From the NCBI GenBank assembly GCA_963827235.1, contig CAWHAE010000012.1, positions 832,001 to 896,000 of the forward strand: 64,000 bases of DNA. The letters are read 5' to 3'. Each line of letters opens with the position of its first letter. Position 1 is the stretch's first letter. Positions 19,788 through 29,512 of the stretch are shown here, in pieces. The position numbers were made by a program, and so were the translations under genes. Under the pieces are notes generated by a model, which worked only from the letters and a program-made list of their open reading frames with translations, ran no database searches and was not told where the DNA came from. Source of the stretch: an uncultured bacterium (GTDB taxonomy: Bacteria > Chloroflexota > UBA5177 > JANWHV01).

Positions 19788-20672
19788 TTGGCTCTCGTAA
19801 GTACAACCGGCCGCGGCAAGGACTTGCGAGGCTGTTTGGTCGCGATCCGCGCCACACGCACGTCCCTACGAGCAGCCGAACAGCGTGTCGCGGACTACGT
19901 GCTTGAACACCCTGGCGACGTTGTCCATAGCTCGGTGACCGAAGTCGCACAGGCATGCGGGACCAGCGAGGCAACCGTCGTCCGTCTCTGCCGTTCGCTC
20001 GGCTATCGGGGATTCCCTGAGATGAAGACGGTGCTGACACGCGATCTTGCCCGTCTGGACGAGCAAATCGATCCGGCGGTGGCGCTCGCGCCGGACGATG
20101 GCGTCGATGCTATCGCACGCTACGTGTTCCAGGCCAATGTGCAGGCACTCGTAGACACCATGGAGCTGCAGCAGGCATCTGCGCTGGAGCGTGCGGTGGC
20201 GGCGCTAGCGTCAGCCGGCCGCATCGTGATGTGCGGTGTGGGTGGCTCGGCGTCGATCGTGCTCGCGGCGGAGCACAAGTTCCAGCTCATCGGCCTGGAG
20301 GCCCAAGCCTACAGCGATCCGCATATGCAGCGTATCGCCGTGTGCCGACTCGTTGAAGGCGATGTCGCACTCGGCATCTCGCACTCCGGCGAGGCGCCCG
20401 ACGTGGTACGGGCCCTGACGCTGGCTCGCGAGCATGGAGCCACGACCATCTGCGTAACTAACTACGCGCATTCCGCGTTGTGGCAGGTTGCTACTGTGCC
20501 GCTTTGCACGGCAAGCGCGGAGATCGACATCACGGGCAACTCGGTTGCCTCACGGCTGGCGCAAGTGGGATTGATGGATGCGCTCTTTGTCGCCGTGGCA
20601 TTGCGACGGCATGCCGCCAGCACCGCGATCCTGGCGCAGATCGCGCAGGCGAATCTCGCAGCAGCTAAGTAG
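19788..20672 (+). CDS. RpiR/MurR-family regulator (HTH + SIS)
   Basis: AEQRVADYVL, SEATVVRLCRSLGYRGF, GVGGS and ISHSGE. The start codon is uncertain. Confidence 0.9.
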   Translation: MALVSTTGRGKDLRGCLVAIRATRTSLRAAEQRVADYVLEHPGDVVHSSVTEVAQACGTSEATVVRLCRSLGYRGFPEMKTVLTRDLARLDEQIDPAVALAPDDGVDAIARYVFQANVQALVDTMELQQASALERAVAALASAGRIVMCGVGGSASIVLAAEHKFQLIGLEAQAYSDPHMQRIAVCRLVEGDVALGISHSGEAPDVVRALTLAREHGATTICVTNYAHSALWQVATVPLCTASAEIDITGNSVASRLAQVGLMDALFVAVALRRHAASTAILAQIAQANLAAAK

Positions 20673-20701
20673 CACCGACGAAAGCGCAGGAGCGTAGCAG
20701 C

Positions 20702-22618
20702 ATGCCAGACAGCATAGTGGGAATCGTGCCGCCCCAGCGCGCCAGGGTCGACTATGTGGACTACGCGGTGCTTGGCGTGGCGGCATGGTCCCGCACCCTG
20801 CGCCAGGCCGGATTCACGCCGAACGTGCTTCGTTTGCACGCTTCCGCCGACCTGCCGAGGCTTTGGGACTGCCGGGCAGTTTTCAGCCTGGGCGCCGGCA
20901 TCTACCCCGAGTTGTCCGGCGCGCTCGTCGCCACCGCGATAGCCCAGTGGGTACGCCAGGGCGGCATCTGGGTGGAGATTGCCGGCCATTTCTTTCTCTT
21001 CGGCTGCACGGGATCCCGGGTCACCGTGCCGGGCCAACTCGCGGCAGACATGTTCGACCTCGGCGTCGACATGGTGCTCGGCATGGCGTCGTTGCGGACT
21101 ACGCCGGCGGGCAGGGCGATCCTGGGGGCGCTGGATCCACCGGCGACAGTTCTGGCTGCCAATCCCACGAGCAACTTTCGGCTCATGGTGTTTCCAACCA
21201 TCGATCCATGGCTCAGCCTGGTGGAAACAGACCGCGGCGACAGTCTCCTGAGCGTCAATCAGTGCGGCAAAGGGTACATCGTCCGCTGGGGCTCCGCGGC
21301 GCATCGATGCACGCGTCGATTTCTCGCGGTGGCGCTCGTCCGGATAGTGCGCTACCTGCTCGATGGTCAGTTCTGTGCTTCCGTGCCGGGCACTTTGCAG
21401 CTGGTCATCGATCCTCTGCTCATCGCGCGAGAGCGGTGTGTGGCGCTGCAAACCGCCGTCGTGAACACCTCGTCCGCCCCATACCCGGATTCCTGTCTCG
21501 ACGTCGTGATGCATTCGTCGAGCGAGAGCGCGGTGGGACATGCCACTGTCGGCACAATCGCCGCCCGATCCGCCCATGTACAGGTGCTGACGCTCGACAT
21601 GTGCCCGCGGGAGCCGGTGGATGTCGGCGCAGTACTTGCCGGACCGCAGATCACGCGCGGGCAGGCAGTTGCCGAGCTGCCTCGACGCCCCGGTATCTGC
21701 AGCGAGCATATCCCTCCACCGCGACGGCCTGCCGACTTCGCGCAGTTCTGGCGTCGCGCGCGCACGGAACTTGGGGGCGTGAAGCGTGACGAGGAGTGGT
21801 GCTGGCTGCCGGAAGCCAGTACGGCGCAGGTCGTCACCAGGCGTGTTCGCTTTCGTAGTCTTGGTGGCATCCACATCGGAGGATTCTTCTCGTATCCTGC
21901 GCAAGCTGCTTCGCCTGTCCCGGGCGTGCTGATGCTTCCGGGGTACAACGGCATGGACCAATTCCCGTCATGTAGCGCCGCCAGCGGGTTCGCGGTGCTT
22001 GGCATCGACGTACGTGGTGTGGGCATCAGCGCGGAGGACTTTCCGTTCGAGGGTGACGGTCTGCTCACGCGTGGACTGTTATCGCCTGAGCATCATGCAT
22101 ACCGTGGAGCGTTCATGGACTGTCTGCGTGCGCTGGACGTGCTCGTAGCCCAGCCGATGGTCGATCCCAACCGCCTGAGCGTCCAGGGAATCAGCCAGGG
22201 CGGCGGATTGGCTCTGGCCGTTGCGGCGCTCAATCGGCGGGTGTCGACGGTGGTTGCGGAGGTACCGTTCCTCTGTGACATCACACGTTCGGCTTCGGTG
22301 GTCGACAGCGAGCCCCTGGCCGAGTTGAATCGATGGTTCAGCGTCCATCCCGAGGACGGCGAGGCTGCCATCTCCACTCTCGCCTACTTTGACGCGGCGA
22401 ATTTTGTCGTCGATCTTCGCGCGGCCACGCTGCTGGTGTATTCACCAGATGACCAAATCTGCCCAGAATCGAGTATCGAGACCACGCGCGCGCGCATGCA
22501 GTGCCCACTTACGGTATGGCGACGACGCGGCGGGCATAGCTATCCGTTCTTGACCCACCACAGGCGTAGCGTTACCAGGTGGCTGCTCAAGAGTATGACC
22601 GAACAGCAGCGAGTGTAG
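20702..22618 (+). CDS. CE7 acetylxylan esterase / cephalosporin-C deacetylase with a long N-terminal extension
   Basis: RPADFAQFW, GISQGGG nucleophile elbow, TLAYFDAANF, DQICP and GGH. Confidence 0.85.
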   Translation: MPDSIVGIVPPQRARVDYVDYAVLGVAAWSRTLRQAGFTPNVLRLHASADLPRLWDCRAVFSLGAGIYPELSGALVATAIAQWVRQGGIWVEIAGHFFLFGCTGSRVTVPGQLAADMFDLGVDMVLGMASLRTTPAGRAILGALDPPATVLAANPTSNFRLMVFPTIDPWLSLVETDRGDSLLSVNQCGKGYIVRWGSAAHRCTRRFLAVALVRIVRYLLDGQFCASVPGTLQLVIDPLLIARERCVALQTAVVNTSSAPYPDSCLDVVMHSSSESAVGHATVGTIAARSAHVQVLTLDMCPREPVDVGAVLAGPQITRGQAVAELPRRPGICSEHIPPPRRPADFAQFWRRARTELGGVKRDEEWCWLPEASTAQVVTRRVRFRSLGGIHIGGFFSYPAQAASPVPGVLMLPGYNGMDQFPSCSAASGFAVLGIDVRGVGISAEDFPFEGDGLLTRGLLSPEHHAYRGAFMDCLRALDVLVAQPMVDPNRLSVQGISQGGGLALAVAALNRRVSTVVAEVPFLCDITRSASVVDSEPLAELNRWFSVHPEDGEAAISTLAYFDAANFVVDLRAATLLVYSPDDQICPESSIETTRARMQCPLTVWRRRGGHSYPFLTHHRRSVTRWLLKSMTEQQRV

Positions 22619-22735
22619 CGGCTGGGCTCCGCGAGACAGCTCGGCACCAGTGCTAGGTCTCCCGGCTGAGTCGGCACAGCGCCGAGGTTTGCGTACGCAC
22701 ATCCCTCGCGGAAGGGGTCGAGTCTGGCATTCCGG

Positions 22736-22790
22736 CTTCACAGAATCTTTACGCAGCCTTCAATCTAGCTTCACAATCCGTAGGCATATT
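22736..22790 (+). promoter_or_regulatory. Four direct repeats at 11-bp period (OmpR/PhoB-type box) with a candidate -10
   Basis: CTTCACA 22736, CTTTACG 22747, CTTCAAT 22758 and CTTCACA 22769; CATATT at 22785-22790. Confidence 0.65.
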
Positions 22791-23001
22791 CAAGCCAGAC
22801 ACAGGATCCGGCGGCGCTTGCGACCGCAAGGAGCTGTGGCGAGCCGGGAGGCTCAGCTCTGCAAGACAGGCTTCCTCCTTGCTACGGCGGTGTGCGACGG
22901 CTACACTTCACCCATCGTCTGCCCACGAATGGGGCTCGGGGGCAGGCGATCGAAAGCGTGGCTGCGCACACCGCCAACGATTTTCACCGGGAGAATAGCA
23001 C

Positions 23002-23490
23002 GTGCTTGAACGCGCGTTGGCACTCGGCCCCATCCGCAAGGCAGGCCTGCTGAGCTTCGCCGCGGCTTCCATCATGATCGGCCTGGCAGGATGCGGCGGC
23101 AGCTCGAGCACGGCCACGCAGGTCCAGGCAACGCCCACGGCGACTACCGGTGCCGTGGCCCTCGCGGCGTGCGCACCTGCATCGACGGACGGCCGCGGCG
23201 GACCATATCCTGCCGCCGAGTCGAGCGACTGCACCGGCCGGAAGACGGTCGAGATCGACGTCGTGGACGATCCGAAAACGGTCGGCGGCTTCGCGCCCAG
23301 CAACGTCACGATAACGAGAGGCACCGTGGTCGCCTTCGTCTGGAAGTCCTCGGGCCACAACCTCAGCCCGTTCCACACGGACATCGAGGACACGGGCTAC
23401 GTGTTTCGCAAGACCTTCGACCAGGCCGGTAGTTTCGACTTCAGCTGCCAGGTACATCCCGGCCAGAATGGTGTGATATTCGTCCGGTAG
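23002..23490 (+). CDS. Cupredoxin (plastocyanin/azurin-like) lipoprotein
   Basis: Lipobox LAGC, FAPSNVTITRGTVV, GHN and CQVHPGQNGVI copper loop; GGGAG RBS. Confidence 0.88.
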   Translation: MLERALALGPIRKAGLLSFAAASIMIGLAGCGGSSSTATQVQATPTATTGAVALAACAPASTDGRGGPYPAAESSDCTGRKTVEIDVVDDPKTVGGFAPSNVTITRGTVVAFVWKSSGHNLSPFHTDIEDTGYVFRKTFDQAGSFDFSCQVHPGQNGVIFVR

Positions 23491-23682
23491 CGGCGAGTGG
23501 TGGAGTATTGTATGCTAACACCACAGAGAATGGTCTGCTGGCGCCCTGACTCGACGTGAGGCCCGTGTGCTATGCTCGCTCACGAATACGCTGCGAAGAG
23601 TGACGGTGTCCTTGGCATTGCCGGCATTGCAGGCGAATGAGTAGGTTAGCGTGCTCGGCGATGTAGGAGGTGATCCAGGATT

Positions 23683-25110
23683 ATGACTCAGACTTGCGCC
23701 CGCTGTGGCCTCTTCCATCCGCAGAATGTGCCCTGCGTCTCGCAGGCACTGGCACTCGTCGAACCGCAGGATGAGCTGGCCGTCGACTCATTCCTGGCCG
23801 GCCGCTATCGTATCCTGCGCACCTTGCATCACGGCGGAATGAGCGTCGTCTATCTGGCGGAAGATACCCTGCTCGGCAACCGCCACGTGGCGGTCAAGGA
23901 GCTGCGTGTACCTCCCTCGTCCGGCGCCGAGGAGCGGCAAGAGGCCGAGGCATGGTTTGCCCGTGAGGCGTACATCCTCAGCATCCTGAATCATCCTCTG
24001 GTGCCCGAGTTCTACAGCTCGTTCCCTGAAGGAGGCACCAGCTACATCGTTCAGGAGTACGCCGATGGCGATAACCTGAACGACGTCGTGCGGTCGCACG
24101 GGCCCTTCTCCGAAGACCTCGTTCTCGACTGGGCCATCTCGCTCTGCGGTCTGTTGAGTCATCTGCACGGCCTCGACGATCCCGTGCTGTTCCGCGATCT
24201 GAAGCCGGCGAACATCGTGCTGCGCAATGCAACGTCGACCAATCCTGATCGCATGTGCCCGCTCAAAGTGGTGGATTTCGGCATCGCCCGGCATTACCAG
24301 CCGAAGACCGTGGGAACGGTGATCGGTACACCCGGCTATGCGCCGCCGGAACAGTATCAGGGCCTGGCGACACCTCAAAGCGACATCTACGCGCTCGGTG
24401 CGACGCTGCATAGGCTGCTCACCGGCTACGATCCCGAGCACGGCACCCCGTTCTGCTATCCCGCTATCCGCGCGCTCAACCCCCTGGTCACCAGCGAGCT
24501 CGCCGCGATCGTCGAGAAAGCGATTCGACTGGATCCGGCGCAGCGCTATGCCACGGCCGACGAGCTCGCCGACGCTCTGCTCGACCTCGCCTGGGAGCGC
24601 GGACAGTCGGGCATGACGGGCGTGGGCGCCCAAAGCGGTCACTGGTATCACGGCCCGTCGACACGATCGCAGCAGGCCTTCCGCTGGACCGCCCTCGTCG
24701 TCTGCCTGATGATGGTAGCGCCGGGGGTATTCTCGGTGCTGGCCGGCATGAGCGTAAGCTCGTCGAGCACGGTGCCGAGCTTTACTGACTATGCCTGCCC
24801 GCCTGCCTCGTCGGATGGCGCCGGTGGCCCATATCCCGCGCAATATCCGTCCCTATGCCTCGAGCAGTCGCAGGTCGTGATCCAGGTCGTGCAGGACGCC
24901 ACGCAGGTAGTGGGCTTTGCGCCGAGCAATGTGACCGTAAGCCGGGGCACCAGAGTGATGGTGGATCCCAACGACCTTGGCTGTACCGTGCGCTGGCTGC
25001 AGACAATGGGTGCCCAGGCGGCGGTATCTGGGCGGCTCACGCAGACGGGAGACTACCGATTTGCCTGCCAGCAGTTCCCGAACGTCATCGGGGTGGTGCA
25101 CGTCGAGTAG
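23683..25110 (+). CDS. Hanks-type membrane Ser/Thr kinase with a C-terminal cupredoxin-like ectodomain
   Basis: GGMSVVY, VAVKE, FRDLKPAN, DFG and GTPGYAPPE; one TM (WTALVVCLMMVAPGVFSVLAGM); C-terminus aligns to the upstream cupredoxin; AGGAGG RBS. Confidence 0.92.
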   Translation: MTQTCARCGLFHPQNVPCVSQALALVEPQDELAVDSFLAGRYRILRTLHHGGMSVVYLAEDTLLGNRHVAVKELRVPPSSGAEERQEAEAWFAREAYILSILNHPLVPEFYSSFPEGGTSYIVQEYADGDNLNDVVRSHGPFSEDLVLDWAISLCGLLSHLHGLDDPVLFRDLKPANIVLRNATSTNPDRMCPLKVVDFGIARHYQPKTVGTVIGTPGYAPPEQYQGLATPQSDIYALGATLHRLLTGYDPEHGTPFCYPAIRALNPLVTSELAAIVEKAIRLDPAQRYATADELADALLDLAWERGQSGMTGVGAQSGHWYHGPSTRSQQAFRWTALVVCLMMVAPGVFSVLAGMSVSSSSTVPSFTDYACPPASSDGAGGPYPAQYPSLCLEQSQVVIQVVQDATQVVGFAPSNVTVSRGTRVMVDPNDLGCTVRWLQTMGAQAAVSGRLTQTGDYRFACQQFPNVIGVVHVE

Positions 25111-25131
25111 GAGCCGGCATGGCAGATCAGC

Positions 25132-26445
25132 TTGCAGGGCATCAGGCTGCCCTGGAATGATGGCGGTCGCGTGACCGAGGCGAAACGAGACGGCGTTGCC
25201 TCGCCACAGGCACCGCCGGTTGATGCTCTGCTTTCCAAGAGCGCCATCGTCGTCCCTACGTACTGGGGTCGTTCCCACGGCTTCCGGCGGCCCGGAGACA
25301 GCACCGAAGACCACCCCACGCCGGCCAACGAGCAGGGCACGATGGCCAGGCTGCTGGCCAGCCTGCAGCGGCTCGCCGAGAAGCCGAGTGTAGTGCTTGT
25401 CCTGATCTCCAGCTCGGCGCCGGACGTGGCTACCAGCGCCGCGTGGCGTGTCGACACCGTTCGCGACATGTATCCCGATCTGCCCATCGCCCTCTGGCTG
25501 CCTACGCACGTGCAGATTCTGCACGGACGGCTTCGCTCGCTGGGACACGACGATTGGACACTGTGGTTCGATTCCCGCGGCTATCCGCTGATCAGGAACA
25601 TGCAGCTCCTGGTGCCCTACGTGCTCGGCATGGAGCTGGTAGTGGCACTCGACGACGACGAGACCGTCGAAGAGCCCCATTTCATGCGACGCGCCGCCGA
25701 GGCGATCGTGCGCGGCGACGCGGCCGGTAACCGCGTGTTCGGTGCAGGCGGCCACTACCTCGACGAGGAAGGCCGGCGCACGCACGAAGTCGCGGAGAGC
25801 GAGAAGCGCCAATCGAACCCCTTCGAGAAGAAGACCTACCTCATGAACGGCATCCTGGAGCGCATTGACTCCATGCCCGGCGAGGTCGTGCCCAGCGCCT
25901 TCGCTCTCGGCGGCAACATGAGCTTCAGCCGCGAGCTGATGGCGAGGGTCGGCTTCGATCCCGCCATCGCTCGAGGCGAGGATATCGACTATGTGCTGAA
26001 CGCGGCGCTCGCCGGCATCCCGTATCATTTCGACAAGGAGCGCCCTATCCGCCACCTGCCTCCGGAAGGGCGCTCGTATAGGGACTTCGACTACGTGAAG
26101 CTGCAGCAGGACGTGCGCCGCTTCATCTACGAGCGCGAGAAGCTCCGAGCCGCCGGCAACATGGGTAACCCGGCCCTCGTTCGCCCCGAGGATCTCGACC
26201 CGTATCCGGGTGCGTTCCTGCGCGACGATCTGGAGGCCCAAGCAGTTGAGTCCCTTACCTTGCACCGGCCGAAGGTCTACGACACGAGCATTCCGGAGGC
26301 CGGCGTGTTCGTGCACAACGCGCTGCAGTTCGCGCGGACTGCCGCCGCGAGCTACCTCGGCTTCGCGCGCGACTGGCCCCAGGCGATGGCTCAGATGGCG
26401 GACGACCGCGTTTTGAGGCACATCATGCGCGGCATCCTTCCGTGA
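25132..26445 (+). CDS. GT-A fold (GT2-like) glycosyltransferase / conserved hypothetical protein
   Basis: IVVPTYW, IRN, VALDDDE (DxD), GGNM and RGEDIDY. The start may be GTG 25171. Confidence 0.7.
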   Translation: MQGIRLPWNDGGRVTEAKRDGVASPQAPPVDALLSKSAIVVPTYWGRSHGFRRPGDSTEDHPTPANEQGTMARLLASLQRLAEKPSVVLVLISSSAPDVATSAAWRVDTVRDMYPDLPIALWLPTHVQILHGRLRSLGHDDWTLWFDSRGYPLIRNMQLLVPYVLGMELVVALDDDETVEEPHFMRRAAEAIVRGDAAGNRVFGAGGHYLDEEGRRTHEVAESEKRQSNPFEKKTYLMNGILERIDSMPGEVVPSAFALGGNMSFSRELMARVGFDPAIARGEDIDYVLNAALAGIPYHFDKERPIRHLPPEGRSYRDFDYVKLQQDVRRFIYEREKLRAAGNMGNPALVRPEDLDPYPGAFLRDDLEAQAVESLTLHRPKVYDTSIPEAGVFVHNALQFARTAAASYLGFARDWPQAMAQMADDRVLRHIMRGILP

Positions 26446-27996
26446 TCATGGCAGCGGCCGCTTCCACCTGAGGTTCGGCCGGCGCGCCGCCAGCGCTTCG
26501 TCGATGCGCGTCACCGGCGTGAAGTGCGGCGCGCTGAGAATCTCCTCGCCGCCTTCCTCGACCTCCCGGGCCACGGCCAGCAGCGCCTCGGCAAAGCCGT
26601 CGAGCGTTGCCCGATCTTCCGTTTCGGTGGGCTCGATCATCAGGCACTCGTCGACGATGTGCGGGAAATAGACGGTCGGCGGATGATAACCGTAGTCGAG
26701 CAGACGCTTGGCTATGTCGACCGTCTTCACGCCGTGCCTTTTCTGGCGCTTCCCCGATAGCACGAACTCGTGCATGCAGTGCGCCGGGAACGGCACGTCG
26801 AAGGCGTCGCTCAGCAGCCCGCGCAGGTAGTTGGCGTTCAGCACGGCGTCCCGGCTCGCCTGCGCCAGTCCGTCCGGGCCCATCGAGCGGATATACACGT
26901 AGGCGCGGATCAGCAGGCCCACATTGCCAAAGAAGCTCCGCACGCGGCCGATGCTGAGCGGCCTGTCGTCCACGAGGCGGTAGTGGTCAGTGCCGTCGGC
27001 GCCGGTGAATCGCTCGATCTGCGGCACGGGCAGGAATGGGGCAAGGGCGGCCGTCACGCCGACCGGTCCCGTGCCAGGGCCGCCGCCGCCGTGCGGCGTG
27101 GTCATGGTCTTGTGCAGGTTGAAGTGCACGACGTCGAAGCCCATGTCTCCGGGTCGCGTGGTGCCGAGGATAGCATTCAGATTGGCGCCATCGTAGTATA
27201 GCCGGCCTCCCGCGGCATGCACGATGCCGGCAATCTCCACGATGTCCTTCTCGAACAGGCCGCACGTGTTGGGGTTGGTGAGCATCAGGGCGGCGGTGCG
27301 CGGGCCAACCAATCGACGAAGGTCGTCGACGTCGACAGTGCCCTGCTCGTTCGATTTCACCTGCACGACGCTGTAGCCCGCCGCGGCCGCGCTGGCCGGA
27401 TTGGTGCCATGGGCTGTGTCGGGTACCAGCACCTCGGTGCGGTGGTCGCCTCGGCTCTCGTGGTAGGCGCGGATCATCATCAAGCCCGTGAGCTCCCCGT
27501 GTGCCCCGGCCGCGGGCTGCAAGCTGAAGGCATCCATACCGCCCACCGCGCAGAGATAGGTCTGCAGGCTGTAGAGCAGCGAGAGCACCCCCTGCACGCT
27601 GTCGTCCGGCTGGTGGGGATGGAGAGACGACCAGCGCGGATCCGAGACGACGCTCTCGTGCAGCTTGGGATTGTACTTCATCGTGCACGAGCCCAGGGGA
27701 TAGAACCCTCCGTCAATGCTGTAGTTGAGCTGCGACAGCCGGGTGAAGTGGCGAACGACCTGCAGCTCGCTCATCTCGGGCAACTCGGCACTTTCGGCTC
27801 GCTGCAGATGCGGAGGCAGCAGCGCCGACAGCGGCTGTTCCGGCACATCGCACGCCGGCAGTGAGAAGGCGGACCGGCCCGGCGACGAGAGCTCAAACAC
27901 CGTGGGCTCGACTACTTTCCGCTGGGCCGTCGTCACGGCAGCGCGCGATCGCGCCGCTATTTCCTCGTGTATCGTGGCAAGCTTGTCGCTGATCAT
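26446..27996 (-). CDS. gcvPB: Glycine dehydrogenase subunit 2
   Basis: [29 protein letters not shown] and [14 protein letters not shown]. Confidence 0.97.
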   Translation of the reverse strand: MISDKLATIHEEIAARSRAAVTTAQRKVVEPTVFELSSPGRSAFSLPACDVPEQPLSALLPPHLQRAESAELPEMSELQVVRHFTRLSQLNYSIDGGFYPLGSCTMKYNPKLHESVVSDPRWSSLHPHQPDDSVQGVLSLLYSLQTYLCAVGGMDAFSLQPAAGAHGELTGLMMIRAYHESRGDHRTEVLVPDTAHGTNPASAAAAGYSVVQVKSNEQGTVDVDDLRRLVGPRTAALMLTNPNTCGLFEKDIVEIAGIVHAAGGRLYYDGANLNAILGTTRPGDMGFDVVHFNLHKTMTTPHGGGGPGTGPVGVTAALAPFLPVPQIERFTGADGTDHYRLVDDRPLSIGRVRSFFGNVGLLIRAYVYIRSMGPDGLAQASRDAVLNANYLRGLLSDAFDVPFPAHCMHEFVLSGKRQKRHGVKTVDIAKRLLDYGYHPPTVYFPHIVDECLMIEPTETEDRATLDGFAEALLAVAREVEEGGEEILSAPHFTPVTRIDEALAARRPNLRWKRPLP

Positions 27997-29339
27997 CGCG
28001 CGCGCACCTCGTCTAGCGCCCGCACCAGGGCGTCGATGTCGTCTTTACCGTTCTCTTCCGTACAGCACACGAGCAGCCCGTGGTCGATACCCGGCATGCC
28101 GTCCACCGGGATTCCGGGGAGAATACCGCGCTCGATCAGTGCATCCCGAATAGCGGCGCCCGGCACCGGCGTGCGCACGACGAATTCGTGGAAGAACGGG
28201 GACGGGAAGGCGGGCACATACCCTGCGATGCCGCCGATCTGCACGGCGGCATAGTGCGCCTTCTGCACGCAGAGGCTCGCCACGTGGCGCAGGCCTTGCT
28301 TGCCCATGTAGCTCAGGTAGATGGTGGCGGTGGTGGCACACAGCGCGTGATTTGAGCAGATGTTGCTGGTCGCCTTCTCGCGACGGATATCCTGCTCGCG
28401 CGCCCTGAGGGTCATGACGAAGGCCCGCCGCCCCTGGGTGTCCAAGCTGGCGCCCACGATGCGCCCCGGGAGGCGCCGCATGAGCGCTTCGCGGCAGGCA
28501 ATGAAGCCTGCGTAGGGCCCGCCATACGAGAGGGGAATGCCGAACGGTTGGGCGTCGCCCACTGCGATGTCTGCTCCGACCTCGCCGGGAGAACTCAGCA
28601 GGGCTAGCGACAACGGATTGACGCACGCTACGTAGAGGGCCCCGGCCGCGTGCGCGGCCTCTGCAAGCACAGTCTGGTCCTCGACGACGCCGAAGAAATT
28701 CGGCGACTGCGCCATCACCACGGCTGTACTCTCGTCGAGCACGAGGCGCAAGCGCGCGAGATCCGCGGCGCCCTGCGCGGCCGGTACCTCGGTCAGCGAG
28801 AGCCCCTGGCTCCAGCAGTAGGTGCGCAACACCTGAAGATACTGGGGATTGAGCGTTCCCGCCACCACCACGCCGCGGCGGCCTGTAGCATTCACGGCCA
28901 TCATCGCCGCTTCCGCGCAGGCGGTGGCCGCATCGTACAGCGAGGCGTTGGCAACGTCCAGACCGGTCAGCCCGCAGATCATGCTCTGCCACTCGTAGAT
29001 CGCCTGCAGCGTGCCCTGGCTCACCTCGGGCTGGTAGGGAGTGTAGGCGGTGACGAACTCGCCGCGCGCGACGAGCGCGGAGACGACCGCCGGGATGTGA
29101 TGATGGTAGGCGCCTCCCCCGAGGAAGGAGCGCGCGCCGGCATACATGCTGTTGCGCCTCGCCAGCCCTTCCAGCTCGCGAATGATCTCGGGCTCTGAGG
29201 CCGCGGCCGGCAAGTCAAGCGGGCCGCAGCGCAGGTCGGCCGGAATGCCGGCCAGCAGATCGTCCATGGTCGAGGCGCCGAGCGAGTCGAGCATGGCGTG
29301 GCGGTCGGCATCGGTGTGCGGCAAATACGGTATTGGCAT
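27993..29339 (-). CDS. gcvPA: Glycine dehydrogenase subunit 1
   Basis: [20 protein letters not shown] and [15 protein letters not shown]. Confidence 0.97.
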   Translation of the reverse strand: MPIPYLPHTDADRHAMLDSLGASTMDDLLAGIPADLRCGPLDLPAAASEPEIIRELEGLARRNSMYAGARSFLGGGAYHHHIPAVVSALVARGEFVTAYTPYQPEVSQGTLQAIYEWQSMICGLTGLDVANASLYDAATACAEAAMMAVNATGRRGVVVAGTLNPQYLQVLRTYCWSQGLSLTEVPAAQGAADLARLRLVLDESTAVVMAQSPNFFGVVEDQTVLAEAAHAAGALYVACVNPLSLALLSSPGEVGADIAVGDAQPFGIPLSYGGPYAGFIACREALMRRLPGRIVGASLDTQGRRAFVMTLRAREQDIRREKATSNICSNHALCATTATIYLSYMGKQGLRHVASLCVQKAHYAAVQIGGIAGYVPAFPSPFFHEFVVRTPVPGAAIRDALIERGILPGIPVDGMPGIDHGLLVCCTEENGKDDIDALVRALDEVRAR

Positions 29340-29512
29340 GAAGCGCTGATCCCTTGCATTTTCACATTGATCGAGGTCGTGTCACGACGCAGCGAGCTCA
29401 GCGGCTGCTCGCGTGCGACTATCCCTGCTGGGTCGGCTTGAGCCGCCGGATTCTGCCACGCATTGCGCGGGCATGGTGGCGGTACCGGCGCGAGTAGCCG
29501 CGCCGCGGCGCC

